Position numbers and translations under genes: made by a program. From positions 32,001 to 96,000 of the forward strand of contig JAZUQR010000021.1 of NCBI GenBank assembly GCA_045605805.1: DNA of 64,000 bases. The letters are read 5' to 3'. The notes below the pieces were generated by a model. The model saw only the letters and a program-made list of their open reading frames with translations, did not search any database and was not told the origin of the DNA. The stretch is from Alphaproteobacteria bacterium (GTDB lineage Bacteria; Pseudomonadota; Alphaproteobacteria; CAAHEQ01; UBA3637). Shown here piece after piece: positions 19,811 to 30,293 of the stretch (its first letter is position 1; the number at the start of each line of letters is the position of its first letter).

Positions 19811-20833
19811 TTATTTTGCTTTTATTTCAGTTTTTGTATTTGTGGCCTGTGTTTTCTTTTTGGCTTTGCGCATTTTGCGATAATTGGCCACATTTTTTTC
19901 ATGCTCGGCATAGGTTTTTGCAAACACATGCCCCCCTTTGCCATCTGCCACAAAATATAAATCCTGCGTTTTATCCGGATGCAACACTGCTTTTAAGGAC
20001 GCATACCCTGGGTTGCTTATCGGACCTTGCGGCAAACCATAAACAAAATAGGTGTTGAAGGGACTTTCCACCCGTAAATCCTTATATGTTAAAGTTCTGG
20101 AAAACTCACCTGTTCCATCTGACAAAGCATAAATAACGGTTGGATCGGATTGCAGCCGCATTCCTTTTTCCAGACGATTATGAAAGACCGAGGCAATATG
20201 CGCCCGTTCCGAATCTTTTGATGTTTCTTTTTCCACGACAGAGGCCATAATTACTGCCTCTTGCGGTGTTTTGAAAGCAAGATTTTTATCCCGTCCTTCC
20301 CATAACTCATCAATAGCCCGTTTCATGCCGTTTTGCATGCGTTCCAACAAATCCTGTTTCGTATCTCCATACGAATAATAGTATGTATCCGGCATTAAAG
20401 TGCCTGTTTTGGGTAGACGTTCCACCTCGCCCATCAAACCATACATTCCTTCCATCAGGCCGACAACCTGATGTGCTGTCAAACCTTCTGGAATAACCAG
20501 ACGGCGGATGTAGGTATTCCCACTTGTTAAAATGGACAAAACCGTTTTTGCACTTGCCCTTTCTGGAATGGAGTATTCTCCGGCTTTAATATCCGCCATC
20601 GCCCCGCTTGCCCGAGTGCCAATTTCAAAGATGGCTGGGCTGTCAATAATACCTTCTTGATGTAGTTGCTTGGCAATTTTTCGTAATGAACAACCAGATT
20701 GAATGACAACCTCTTTGCGCTGGGTCAATGGACCTTCTGATACAAATTGACGGTAGGTGGAAAAAACGCTCCCCCCCATAACGCCAACAATTAAAATCAA
20801 GACGACAAAATACACAAAAACATGATGACGCAT
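19811..20833 (-). CDS. mltG: Endolytic transglycosylase MltG
   Basis: IPEG, ASVVEKE, LQSDPT, SPFNTY, GPISNPG. Confidence 0.95.
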   Translation of the reverse strand: MRHHVFVYFVVLILIVGVMGGSVFSTYRQFVSEGPLTQRKEVVIQSGCSLRKIAKQLHQEGIIDSPAIFEIGTRASGAMADIKAGEYSIPERASAKTVLSILTSGNTYIRRLVIPEGLTAHQVVGLMEGMYGLMGEVERLPKTGTLMPDTYYYSYGDTKQDLLERMQNGMKRAIDELWEGRDKNLAFKTPQEAVIMASVVEKETSKDSERAHIASVFHNRLEKGMRLQSDPTVIYALSDGTGEFSRTLTYKDLRVESPFNTYFVYGLPQGPISNPGYASLKAVLHPDKTQDLYFVADGKGGHVFAKTYAEHEKNVANYRKMRKAKKKTQATNTKTEIKAK

Positions 20834-20834
20834 A

Positions 20835-22079
20835 TTATACTTTCTTAAAAATTAAACACGCATTTGTTCCGCCAAAGCCAAATGAATTGGACAGAACAGC
20901 ATTGATTGGCTTTTCTTGGGCGGTATGAGGCACCAAGTTAAAGTCTTTTGTTTCTTCTTCTGGTTCATCCAAATTGATGGTTGGTGGCATAATGTTGTTT
21001 TGAAGGGCCAAAATGCTGAACACCGCTTCAATAGAGCCTGCACCGCCTAACAAATGTCCTGTCATTGATTTTGTGGACGACATCGCCACAGTATCTGAGC
21101 CAAACAATTTTTGTACTGCCCTAAACTCGGTTAAATCTCCCACTGGTGTGGATGTTCCGTGGGCATTGATATAATCTATCTGTGATGGATTCAATTGAGC
21201 CTGATCCAACGCCATTTTCATGGCCCGTTCTGCACCTGTTCCACCTGGGGCTGTGATATGATAGGCATCCCCAGAAAGACCATAGCCAGCCAATTCACAA
21301 TAGATTTTTGCACCTCGGGCTTTGGCGTGTTCATATTCTTCCAAAACAACGGCACCAGCCCCTTCCCCCATCACAAAGCCATCCCGATTTTTATCCCATG
21401 GGCGGGAAGCCTTTTGCGGTTCATCGTTGTGGGTGGATAATGCCCTCAATTGAGCAAAACCGCCTATACACTCTAATAATAAAGCTGCTTCGGCACTGCC
21501 GGCCAACATCATATCCGCATAGCCATCACGGATGAAACGCATCGCATCCCCAATAGCGTGGCTGCCTGTGGCACAGGCTGTTGAACAGGCTTGATTTGGC
21601 CCTGCTAAGCCATAGCGAATGGAAATAACGCCTGCTGTTTGATTGATTAAAATAGAGGGAATAAAGAATGGAGAAATGCGGTTCACACCTTTTGTTGGAA
21701 TAGCCAACACTTCATCTCTGAAACTTTTTGCACCCCCTTGCCCCGAACCAAAACACACACCTGCTTTTGCTTTTTCTTCTTCTGTTTCTGGCTTATAGCC
21801 ACAATCACGCATTGCTTCGTCCGCCGCCGCCAAGCCAAACAGGGTCACCATATCCAGATGTCGTTGTTCTTTCACATTCGCCACCTGATTTAAGTCTAAA
21901 TATCCTTCCTCCGTTCCCATCGGCACTTCACCGGCAATATGAACCGTTAAAGGGGTTGAATCAAAATGTGTAATAGTATCAATGCCCGATTTTCCATTGA
22001 CCAAGGCATTCCAGTTTGTTTTGACACCTGCACCCAATGGTGATACAACACCTATACCCGTCACAACAACACGTCTCAT
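20835..22079 (-). CDS. fabF: Beta-ketoacyl-ACP synthase II
   Basis: TACATG, NAHGTST, KSMTGHLLG, SNSFGFGG. Confidence 0.97.
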   Translation of the reverse strand: MRRVVVTGIGVVSPLGAGVKTNWNALVNGKSGIDTITHFDSTPLTVHIAGEVPMGTEEGYLDLNQVANVKEQRHLDMVTLFGLAAADEAMRDCGYKPETEEEKAKAGVCFGSGQGGAKSFRDEVLAIPTKGVNRISPFFIPSILINQTAGVISIRYGLAGPNQACSTACATGSHAIGDAMRFIRDGYADMMLAGSAEAALLLECIGGFAQLRALSTHNDEPQKASRPWDKNRDGFVMGEGAGAVVLEEYEHAKARGAKIYCELAGYGLSGDAYHITAPGGTGAERAMKMALDQAQLNPSQIDYINAHGTSTPVGDLTEFRAVQKLFGSDTVAMSSTKSMTGHLLGGAGSIEAVFSILALQNNIMPPTINLDEPEEETKDFNLVPHTAQEKPINAVLSNSFGFGGTNACLIFKKV

Positions 22080-22172
22080 GAAAAAATCCTTTATCTTAAA
22101 AAAAGACGTTTTAAGTTCAGCCAGAACAGCACAATCTCAAAACGTCTTTATAAAAACCAAAAACAGTCCAAA

Positions 22173-22415
22173 TTAGGCCTGTTGTTTTTCAATGAAGTCA
22201 ACAGCATCTTTGACCGTGCGAATTTTTTCAGCCGCATCATCTGGGATGGAGCAACCGAATTCTTCTTCAAAGGCCATTACTAATTCAACAGTATCCAAAC
22301 TGTCTGCGCCTAAATCATCGATGAAACTTGCATTGTCTTGCACTTTTGCGGCATCAACACCCAAGTGATCAACAATAATTTTTTTCACACGTTCAGCAAT
22401 TGTATTTTCTGTCAT
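22173..22415 (-). CDS. acpP: Acyl carrier protein
   Basis: [14 protein letters not shown]. Confidence 0.98.
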   Translation of the reverse strand: MTENTIAERVKKIIVDHLGVDAAKVQDNASFIDDLGADSLDTVELVMAFEEEFGCSIPDDAAEKIRTVKDAVDFIEKQQA

Positions 22416-22504
22416 TTTTTTTCCTTTTGTTTAGTTAATCAGTCCATTTCGGACGAAAACATACTTACACTAGCACAAAAAAAGAACCAATGCAAGCATT
22501 TTTT

Positions 22505-23242
22505 TTACAGCATCAACATTCCCCCATTGATATTTAGGGTTTGACCTGTAATATAGGCAGCCTCATCAGATGCCAAAAATGCCACAGCTGCGGCAATTTC
22601 TTCGGGTTGGCCCATTCTTTTGGATGGGATTCTATCTAACATTGCTTTTTTCACTTCTTCTGGCAAAGAAGCGGTCATTTTTGTTTCAATAAACCCTGGT
22701 GCGATACAGTTAGCTGTCACACCACGAGAGGCTAATTCGGCTGCGATAGATTTGCTCATTGCAATCAAGGCGGCCTTACTTGCGGCATAGTTCGCTTGTC
22801 CAGCATTACCAATGACACCCACAATTGAGGCCATAGAGATAATTCTGCCAAAACGGCGTTTCATCATGCCCGTCATCACGGCACGAGCCAACCTAAAACC
22901 TGCGGTTAAATTGACATTTAAGACCTTTTCCCATTGTTCGTCTGTCATGCGCATGGCTAATGTATCCATTGTAATGCCGGCGTTATTGACCAAAATATCA
23001 ATTTTACCCATATCCGCTTCTGCGTTGGACACAAGCTGTTTAATGGCTTCGGCATCTGATATATTGGCTGCATAGACAAACACTCTTTCCCCTAATTCTT
23101 GTGCCAAGGCGTTCAAAGCCTCCATACTGATATCTGTAAGAGCCAAGGTTGCCCCTTGTGCGTGCAAAGTTTTGGCAATAGAACGGCCGATACCGCCTGT
23201 GGCACCGGTGATGAGGGCTGTTTTTCCTGATAAATCAAACAT
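22505..23242 (-). CDS. fabG: 3-oxoacyl-ACP reductase
   Basis: TGATGGIG, NNAG, YAASK; start MFDLSGK with AGGAG RBS. Confidence 0.96.
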   Translation of the reverse strand: MFDLSGKTALITGATGGIGRSIAKTLHAQGATLALTDISMEALNALAQELGERVFVYAANISDAEAIKQLVSNAEADMGKIDILVNNAGITMDTLAMRMTDEQWEKVLNVNLTAGFRLARAVMTGMMKRRFGRIISMASIVGVIGNAGQANYAASKAALIAMSKSIAAELASRGVTANCIAPGFIETKMTASLPEEVKKAMLDRIPSKRMGQPEEIAAAVAFLASDEAAYITGQTLNINGGMLML

Positions 23243-23301
23243 ATTTTCTCCTTTTGTTATAAAGGCAGTATAGCACATAAGAAAATTAAAAATCAAGCAA
23301 A

Positions 23302-23330
23302 AAAAATCCCCCGTGTGAAATCGGGGGAAG
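23302..23330 (-). terminator. Intrinsic terminator of Cys-rich gene
   Basis: TCCCCCG..CGGGGGA stem, T-run on the minus strand. Confidence 0.7.
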
Positions 23331-23354
23331 GGTTAATACTGCATAACGATAGCA

Positions 23355-25037
23355 CTATTGGGATGTTTTTGGAGTACAATCTCCATTACTCCAGTTGCCT
23401 CCAACAAGATTACAACAAGCTTCTGTTTTCTGCCCATTCAGAGCATCTACACCAAAATACGCCCCTTCTGCTGTTTCACAACAGGTTTTGCCTGTATTAT
23501 CCCATTTTCCAGATACACCTTTACAGCAACCCTCTGTAATCTCATTGGTAAAATAACTCTTTGGACCCCAACAACAGGCTTGTGCATCTTCTACCCAAGC
23601 ATCTCTTGGACAACAGTTCTGCATATCTGCATCCCAACCACCTTCAACAAAATTACAACAAGCTTCTGTTGGTTTATATTGATACGCATCATACCCAAAA
23701 GTGCCATTATCTACATCTACTGAACAACACAGTTGATTATCTTCATCCCACACACCATAGTCAGTCATTGCATGGCAACAATCTTCTGTAGGTTGATTTG
23801 TATAATAATTATACCAGTTATAATGCTGATCACAGCAAGCAGCCCCATCCTCTTCTATGTTCTTATATTCTAGCCAGAATCCATATGGACAACATTCTTG
23901 TTTAGAAGCATCCCAAACATTATCGTCGGCCTCACATAAACATTCTTCATCCGCTACCCATGCGCCATCTTCACATTTTTGACAAGGCCCTCCTTCACCC
24001 ACGCATGGACAGCTGGCTTGCTCATCAACACAAGTGTTATTGCTGGCACACCATTTCATACCGCTGGTGGCTTCACAACAGACTTGGGTTATGGCTGCGC
24101 CTGTGGATGCAGGACTGGTGCAGTTTGGCCAACCGTTTGCACCACTATAGCTACAAGAACTTATATCATACGGACCATCACAACAATACTTTTGCTCCTC
24201 TTTTTCAACCAACTGACCATAGCCACAACCATTGCATTCGGCAATATTGTTCCAGTCAAACGACCAGTAACCCCAGTATCCTTCATCATAGTAGCCACCA
24301 AAACAACATCCTTTCCCAGAGCTGGAGAGTTCTGTTTTCGCTATTATGTCATCACATCCACACAAAGGGATATTCAGTGTACAATAGCCTTTGCGAGCCA
24401 TTTCCTGTGCAGGGTCTGGTAAATTCAAATTAGAACATTCTTCAACCCCTTTGTAGACATATCCGCCTAAACAGCAGGTTTGTCCATCCGTGCCCAATGA
24501 ACCACCGTTGGGGCAACATTCTTCATTCTTTGAAACACACTGATTCTTATTGCCACACCATTGACCGCCCATATCCGAACAAACACCCGAACCACAATTG
24601 CCCAAATAATCAGGGTGACATTCCTTGTTGGGGTTCATACAGGTTGCATCAGCGGGGTCACAGCAAGCGGTTTTATCCAACGAAATGCCTTCCTCTTCGG
24701 TACACACTGTGCATTTGAAGTTTTCCTCTAAAGTAGCCACAGAGCCAGACGGACACGCCACACACTTGCTGGTGGCGACATCCACAACATACCCTGCTTT
24801 ACAGCAATAGACATTTGCCCCAGCTTGACACGGCTGGGCATTTGCATCATCCTTGATGTCATAAAAACGAATGTCCAACGGCGGATTATCCGGATGAATA
24901 TGAACCCCAAAGTTATCTACCCCAGGGTTGTGACGATTATATTTTGTGGAATCGTGGCCCCCACCACCGCCACCAAACGCCATCGCAGAAGTGGCCATAC
25001 ATATCATTCCCATCAACATAATCACTGTTTTCATCAC
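23355..25037 (-). CDS. Secreted cysteine-rich repeat protein
   Basis: Signal peptide (AMA), poly-Gly, many CC pairs; C-terminal TExCC...GxWD....CC repeats. Confidence 0.8.
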   Translation of the reverse strand: MMKTVIMLMGMICMATSAMAFGGGGGGHDSTKYNRHNPGVDNFGVHIHPDNPPLDIRFYDIKDDANAQPCQAGANVYCCKAGYVVDVATSKCVACPSGSVATLEENFKCTVCTEEEGISLDKTACCDPADATCMNPNKECHPDYLGNCGSGVCSDMGGQWCGNKNQCVSKNEECCPNGGSLGTDGQTCCLGGYVYKGVEECSNLNLPDPAQEMARKGYCTLNIPLCGCDDIIAKTELSSSGKGCCFGGYYDEGYWGYWSFDWNNIAECNGCGYGQLVEKEEQKYCCDGPYDISSCSYSGANGWPNCTSPASTGAAITQVCCEATSGMKWCASNNTCVDEQASCPCVGEGGPCQKCEDGAWVADEECLCEADDNVWDASKQECCPYGFWLEYKNIEEDGAACCDQHYNWYNYYTNQPTEDCCHAMTDYGVWDEDNQLCCSVDVDNGTFGYDAYQYKPTEACCNFVEGGWDADMQNCCPRDAWVEDAQACCWGPKSYFTNEITEGCCKGVSGKWDNTGKTCCETAEGAYFGVDALNGQKTEACCNLVGGNWSNGDCTPKTSQ

Positions 25038-25087
25038 AATCCCTTTTTGATATAAGATTATATAAACCTTAAAAAAATCCCTATCAA

Positions 25088-25741
25088 TTATTTTTGACGA
25101 GGATCTTTCAACATCATATCCTCAAACAAAAACTGTTTCACTGCTGGTAAAGTGCGCCGCACCATAATATCTACCCCTTTGGCAGAAGGATGTATTTTAT
25201 CTTCCAAAAAATACTCTGCTTTTTTATGTGTGCCATTGTCATTCCACAGCCCATCCATAAAAAATGGATATAAAAGCAATTCGTTATCCAACGCCAAATC
25301 ATCATACATTTGACGCACACCTGCACGATATTCTTCCGGCAGTGCCACAGGTACTTCCATTCCAAACAGCATCACAGGTACATCGTTTTGCTTAAAAAAC
25401 TCAATCAAGGTTGCCAAGTTTTTCTTGGTATCATCCAACGGTACTTTTTGAAAAGCATCATTGCTGCCCAACTGCAAAATCACGCCATCCGGTTTGCGCT
25501 TTAATGCCGATTTCATCTTGGCCACGGCACCACCCGTTGTTTCACCACTTTTGCTGAAATTGATAATCTTCACATCATAATTATCTTTAAGCAACGCCTG
25601 TTGTAATTTTGAACAATAAGAATCCCGTGGTTGAATCTTATGTCCCACACTTAAACTATCCCCAAAAACCATCAGATTTGCAGGGTTTGCCATCACAGGG
25701 GCCGATAAAGCCAAAAATCCAGCCAATAACACTCGTTTCAT
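25088..25741 (-). CDS. tesA: SGNH arylesterase/thioesterase (TesA-like)
   Basis: GDSLS, SGETT, LGSND, DKIHP. Confidence 0.85.
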   Translation of the reverse strand: MKRVLLAGFLALSAPVMANPANLMVFGDSLSVGHKIQPRDSYCSKLQQALLKDNYDVKIINFSKSGETTGGAVAKMKSALKRKPDGVILQLGSNDAFQKVPLDDTKKNLATLIEFFKQNDVPVMLFGMEVPVALPEEYRAGVRQMYDDLALDNELLLYPFFMDGLWNDNGTHKKAEYFLEDKIHPSAKGVDIMVRRTLPAVKQFLFEDMMLKDPRQK

Positions 25742-25803
25742 AAAATACTCCTTTTCTTTATATATACAGAATATACCATCACTATTGATTTGTCAAACAT
25801 ATT

Positions 25804-27021
25804 TTATTGATATCGCAAGGCTTCAATCGGATCCAGTTTCATGGCTTTTCTGGCGGGCATAATCCCAGACACCACACCAACAAAAATGGCCACAGAAACC
25901 GAAATAATCACCGACCACACAGAAATAGGCACTTCCTTACCAACAATTTGACCGGCAATTTGCGAAAGCACAATCCCCAAAACCATCCCCACAAAACTGC
26001 CCATAAAAGAAATCATCACAGATTCAGCCAAAAATTGGAACATTATCCACCGATTAGGGGCGCCCAAAGCCTTGCGCGTACCAATTTCCCGAGTTCGTTC
26101 CGTCACAGAAACAAGCATCATATTCATAATGCCAATAGACCCAACCACCAAAGAAATAGAGGCTATGGCTGACAACAGAACAGACAAAACAAAACCTATA
26201 CTTCTTACTTTTTCAACCATTTCTGTCATCAAGTTGATAGAGAAATCATTGTCCACACCATCTTTCAAATAGTGCCTTGTCCGCAACAAATATTCAATTC
26301 GTTTGGCCACAGATTCCATTTTATGTTCCTCTGTCACTTTCACAAACGCAACATCCACATATTGCGGCCGCCACGACCCACGCAACCGTTGCCGCACAGT
26401 TGTGGCCGGCATCATAATGATATTATCTTGATCCTGCCCCATTAAATTATCGCCTTTTGCCTTCAAAGTACCAATCACAGTAAATGGCTGGCCTTTTAAG
26501 CGCATCACTTTACCCACGGGGTTTTGAAGACCGAACAATTCCTCCACCACAGTTTGTCCAATTAAAATATAGGGCTTGCCGGCTTTCACATCTTTTTCTG
26601 AAAAGGGTACACCTGTTTCAATTTCCCAATTACCAACCGCCAAATAATCAGGATTTGTGCCATATACGCTGACCCCATAGTTGTTGGAACCATAAACAGC
26701 CTGAACCGCAGTGTTCACCACATAAGAAGCGGTTTCAACATCTTTTAACGACTTCAAAGCCTCCACATCCTTAAAGGTAATGCTGGGGCGACCACGCCCT
26801 CCTCGCACACCACCGCTTACTGTTTGAGCAGGGCCCAAAATAATCAGGTTTGTCCCCATAGAATCAAAAGTTTTTGTAATTTCATTTTGCACAGTTTGCC
26901 CTGCCGCCACCATCAACACAACAGAGGCCACACCAATCACAATGCCCAACATCGTTAAGAAAGTACGCATCTTATACGCAGAAATAGAAATCCAGGCTTC
27001 ACGAAAAATCTGGTAAATCAT
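25804..27021 (-). CDS. MacB-type ABC permease
   Basis: RTFLTMLGIVIG, IGIMNMMLVSVTERTREIG, LDPIEALRY. Confidence 0.93.
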   Translation of the reverse strand: MIYQIFREAWISISAYKMRTFLTMLGIVIGVASVVLMVAAGQTVQNEITKTFDSMGTNLIILGPAQTVSGGVRGGRGRPSITFKDVEALKSLKDVETASYVVNTAVQAVYGSNNYGVSVYGTNPDYLAVGNWEIETGVPFSEKDVKAGKPYILIGQTVVEELFGLQNPVGKVMRLKGQPFTVIGTLKAKGDNLMGQDQDNIIMMPATTVRQRLRGSWRPQYVDVAFVKVTEEHKMESVAKRIEYLLRTRHYLKDGVDNDFSINLMTEMVEKVRSIGFVLSVLLSAIASISLVVGSIGIMNMMLVSVTERTREIGTRKALGAPNRWIMFQFLAESVMISFMGSFVGMVLGIVLSQIAGQIVGKEVPISVWSVIISVSVAIFVGVVSGIMPARKAMKLDPIEALRYQ

Positions 27022-27728
27022 GCGTGATACTCCTTTCTTAAACCATCATACGCCACCTCACCATCAGCAATTTTTATCATCCGCTTGGCATAATCCGCTA
27101 CATCATCTTCATGTGTCACCAACACAATTGTAATACCGTCGTTATTTAATTGTGTGAACAAGCGCATAATGTCATCAGAAGTAGCCGAATCCAAATTACC
27201 CGTTGGTTCATCAGCAAAAATAATTTTGGGATGATTGATAAGAGCTCTTGCAATGGCCACTCGTTGTTGCATACCGCCCGAAATCTGGCTGGGAGGCCTA
27301 TCACCATATCCTTCCAACCCAACCACTTTCAACATTTTCAAGGCTCGTTCTTTGCGCTCTGCCTCACCCACCCCTTGATAAATCAAAGGCATGGAAACAT
27401 TATCCACAATTGTGCGTTTCATCATCAAATTAAAGTTTTGAAAAACAAAACCGATTTTTTGCCCACGAATATAAGCCAACTCTTGATCTGTACGAGTTGC
27501 CACCGCTTCACCCGCCAAATAATACTCACCGCTTGTGGGCCTGTCCAAACAACCCAAAGTGTTCATCAAAGTGGACTTACCGGAACCGGAATGCCCCATA
27601 ATCGCCACAAACTCTCCCTCATAGATTTGAAAATTGATATGCTTCAACACCACCTGAGACGACCCACCGTCCATAAAATAGGTTTTACATAAATCTTTCA
27701 CCTCTATCACAACAGGTTTTTCACTCAT
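27018..27728 (-). CDS. ABC ATP-binding protein (LolD/MacB-type)
   Basis: GHSGSGKS, ISGGMQQR, ADEPTGNLD. Confidence 0.95.
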   Translation of the reverse strand: MSEKPVVIEVKDLCKTYFMDGGSSQVVLKHINFQIYEGEFVAIMGHSGSGKSTLMNTLGCLDRPTSGEYYLAGEAVATRTDQELAYIRGQKIGFVFQNFNLMMKRTIVDNVSMPLIYQGVGEAERKERALKMLKVVGLEGYGDRPPSQISGGMQQRVAIARALINHPKIIFADEPTGNLDSATSDDIMRLFTQLNNDGITIVLVTHEDDVADYAKRMIKIADGEVAYDGLRKEYHA

Positions 27729-28852
27729 TTGATGCCACGCCTTTTGTCCCCAATAACTTCCAAAATAACCTTGTCACCCGATTTCAAGCCCTCTTTCACT
27801 TCAATGTTGGTCATATCTGAAATGCCTTTTGTAATCACCACGGGCATCAAAGCGCCATTTTTGAATTGATAAACCACATCCTCGTTTTTCATAACATCCG
27901 GATTCGGCACAACATTGGTTGTTTTTCTTAAAGCCGCCGATGGCTTAAATTGCAACACCATAGCAGAAATAAAAGGTACATTCGTTGCCCGTGCCACTTC
28001 AATAGACACACTGGCCGTCATCCCAGGCAACAATTTTCTGGAAGAATTATCTACTTCAATCACCACCGTGTACATGACCACATTGGATTCTTCTTTGGGC
28101 GACAAACGAATCTGTTGCACCTTACCCTCAAAACGATCATTCGGATAAGCATCCACCGTGAACTCAACACCCATACCACCTTTAATCAGCCCAATATCAG
28201 CCTCAGCAATACTGGCTTCAATTTGCATTTTTGTCAAATCCTCGGCAATCGTGAACAAAGTTGGCGTAGAAAGACTGGCGGCCACAGTTTGACCTTGTTC
28301 CACTTCTTTTGAAATCACCGTTCCCGATACGGGCGAAGTAATCGTGGCATAGCCATAGTTGCGTTCGGCTTTATTATAATCAGCCTGAGAACTCAATACA
28401 TTAGCCTTGGCTGTTTCCAATTCTACTTCAGCCTCTTCCAAAGTGGCTTTGGCAATCAGCTTATCCTTATACAATTTATTCAAGCGTTCATAATTCAAAT
28501 CAGAAATCTTTTTCTTGGCATTCGCTAAATCCAACTTGGCTTTGGAATCATTCAGGTTTTCCTGTAAAACAGACATATCCAACCGAGCCAAAACCTGTCC
28601 TTCTTGAACCTCATCGTTATAATCCACAAGCACTTCTTCAATAATGCCGGAAACTTGTGTTCCAACCGATACTTTATTGATGGGTTGAATCTTGCCGGAT
28701 GCTGTCACCACATAGGCCACATCTCCGTTTTTCACCACAGCCATTTCAAAATCTTTTTCGGAAAAAGAATCTTTTGAATGTCCTTTCATCCAAGCAGAAG
28801 CACCCACCAAACAAACAACAGCAACACCCAACAACAATAAACGCTTTTTCAT
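27725..28852 (-). CDS. MacA-type periplasmic adaptor
   Basis: VGTQVSG, ITSPVSGTV, GQTVAAS, LLPGMTA. Confidence 0.92.
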   Translation of the reverse strand: MKKRLLLLGVAVVCLVGASAWMKGHSKDSFSEKDFEMAVVKNGDVAYVVTASGKIQPINKVSVGTQVSGIIEEVLVDYNDEVQEGQVLARLDMSVLQENLNDSKAKLDLANAKKKISDLNYERLNKLYKDKLIAKATLEEAEVELETAKANVLSSQADYNKAERNYGYATITSPVSGTVISKEVEQGQTVAASLSTPTLFTIAEDLTKMQIEASIAEADIGLIKGGMGVEFTVDAYPNDRFEGKVQQIRLSPKEESNVVMYTVVIEVDNSSRKLLPGMTASVSIEVARATNVPFISAMVLQFKPSAALRKTTNVVPNPDVMKNEDVVYQFKNGALMPVVITKGISDMTNIEVKEGLKSGDKVILEVIGDKRRGIK

Positions 28853-30193
28853 CTAAAACCTCCCCACAGAACGATACAAATTGGCTTTACTGATTAAAAC
28901 GGAATAAAACGCATTGACAAGACCTTGTCTGGCCTCAGAAAGTTGTGAAGTTGCCGTCAGTAAGTTCAAAATATCCCCTTGTCCAACTTCATACGATTTC
29001 ATGGCCACCCGTTCATTTTCTTTTGCTGCCGCCAACACATCGTTTGAAATATGATAAGCTGCCACAGCTGTTTCATAATCTTGATACGCTGCCCACACTT
29101 CATTACGAATGGAATCTTGTGTTTCTTCCAAACCAAATTGAGCCTGACGATATTCATATTCCGCAGCCGCCACTTTATAGGTATCCGCAAACCCGGAAAA
29201 CAAAGGCACATTCAATCGCAAACCAGCCGAAGAAGAAAGACGACCCAGTTGTCTTTCACGCCAAGAATCGTTATATCCCACACTGCCCGTCACACTCAGC
29301 TTTGGCAAAGTGGTTGAACGCTGGGCTGTAATGTTTTCCTTTGCCCCTTGCACAGAGCTTTCCTTGCTTTTTAATTCGGGGCGTTGGGCCAATGCCAAAG
29401 AAATCATCTGTTCAATACTATCCGAAGTTTCCAACTTGATAATGTCTTTATCTTTTGGCGGTTTTTCCAAATTAAAAGTCGTATCCGGAGATAAATGAAG
29501 CAAAGTCGCCAAATCTCCTTCGGCTTTCTTCACCGTATTTTCCGCCTTTATGACAGCTAATTTAGATTGTTCATAACTGGTTTTGGCCAACAATTTATCG
29601 CTTAAAGCCACCAACCCCAAATCAAACCGTCTGACCGATTCTTCATAGGCCTTTTTATACGATTTTTCGCTGTCCTTTGTGCTAATCAACACCTCTTTGG
29701 CCCCCAACAAGTTCAAATAGGCGTTATTGATGGACAAAACAGTTTCCTGCAACTGTGTATTATAGTTAAACTCTGCCGAAGCCAAATAAGCCTTCATTTT
29801 ATTCAAACGAGCCCCTCGCCCACCAAAATCAAACAAAAGCCAATCTAAACCCACATTGCCTGAATAAGGATACCCTTCCAAATGAGTTGCACCTTCGGTT
29901 TTATCATCCGAAACAGAGACCGAACCACTGGCCGTTAAAGAAGGTAAGTATTCACCCGTTGATTGCCCCACACCTGCCTCACTAACTTTCACTGCCATAT
30001 AAGAACGGCTTAACGAAGGATTCACACAAATCCCCATCTGAATCAACTCGGGCAACCCAATTTCCCCCTGTGTTAAATCTTTTTCCACACATCCCTTTGG
30101 GGCATCCAATTGATACACAGAAAACGGATCAAGCCCCGCCATCGCAGAACTCCCCATAAGCATAAACACCAAAAAACACATATATTGTTTCAT
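28853..30193 (-). CDS. TolC-family outer membrane protein
   Basis: Signal peptide, two OEP repeats (LFDFG, PLFSG); heads the MacAB-type operon. Confidence 0.9.
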   Translation of the reverse strand: MKQYMCFLVFMLMGSSAMAGLDPFSVYQLDAPKGCVEKDLTQGEIGLPELIQMGICVNPSLSRSYMAVKVSEAGVGQSTGEYLPSLTASGSVSVSDDKTEGATHLEGYPYSGNVGLDWLLFDFGGRGARLNKMKAYLASAEFNYNTQLQETVLSINNAYLNLLGAKEVLISTKDSEKSYKKAYEESVRRFDLGLVALSDKLLAKTSYEQSKLAVIKAENTVKKAEGDLATLLHLSPDTTFNLEKPPKDKDIIKLETSDSIEQMISLALAQRPELKSKESSVQGAKENITAQRSTTLPKLSVTGSVGYNDSWRERQLGRLSSSAGLRLNVPLFSGFADTYKVAAAEYEYRQAQFGLEETQDSIRNEVWAAYQDYETAVAAYHISNDVLAAAKENERVAMKSYEVGQGDILNLLTATSQLSEARQGLVNAFYSVLISKANLYRSVGRF

Positions 30194-30293
30194 CTGTCTC
30201 TCCTTATATGGAAAAATTGTAAAAAAACAAAAAAAACTTGTCAAGAGAAAATTTCTTCTGTACAATAATAAAATCAAGCAATAGGAGTACGCT

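Noticed and set aside
23355-25037. Diversity-generating retroelement target
   Set aside because: No reverse transcriptase or TR/VR pair seen in the window
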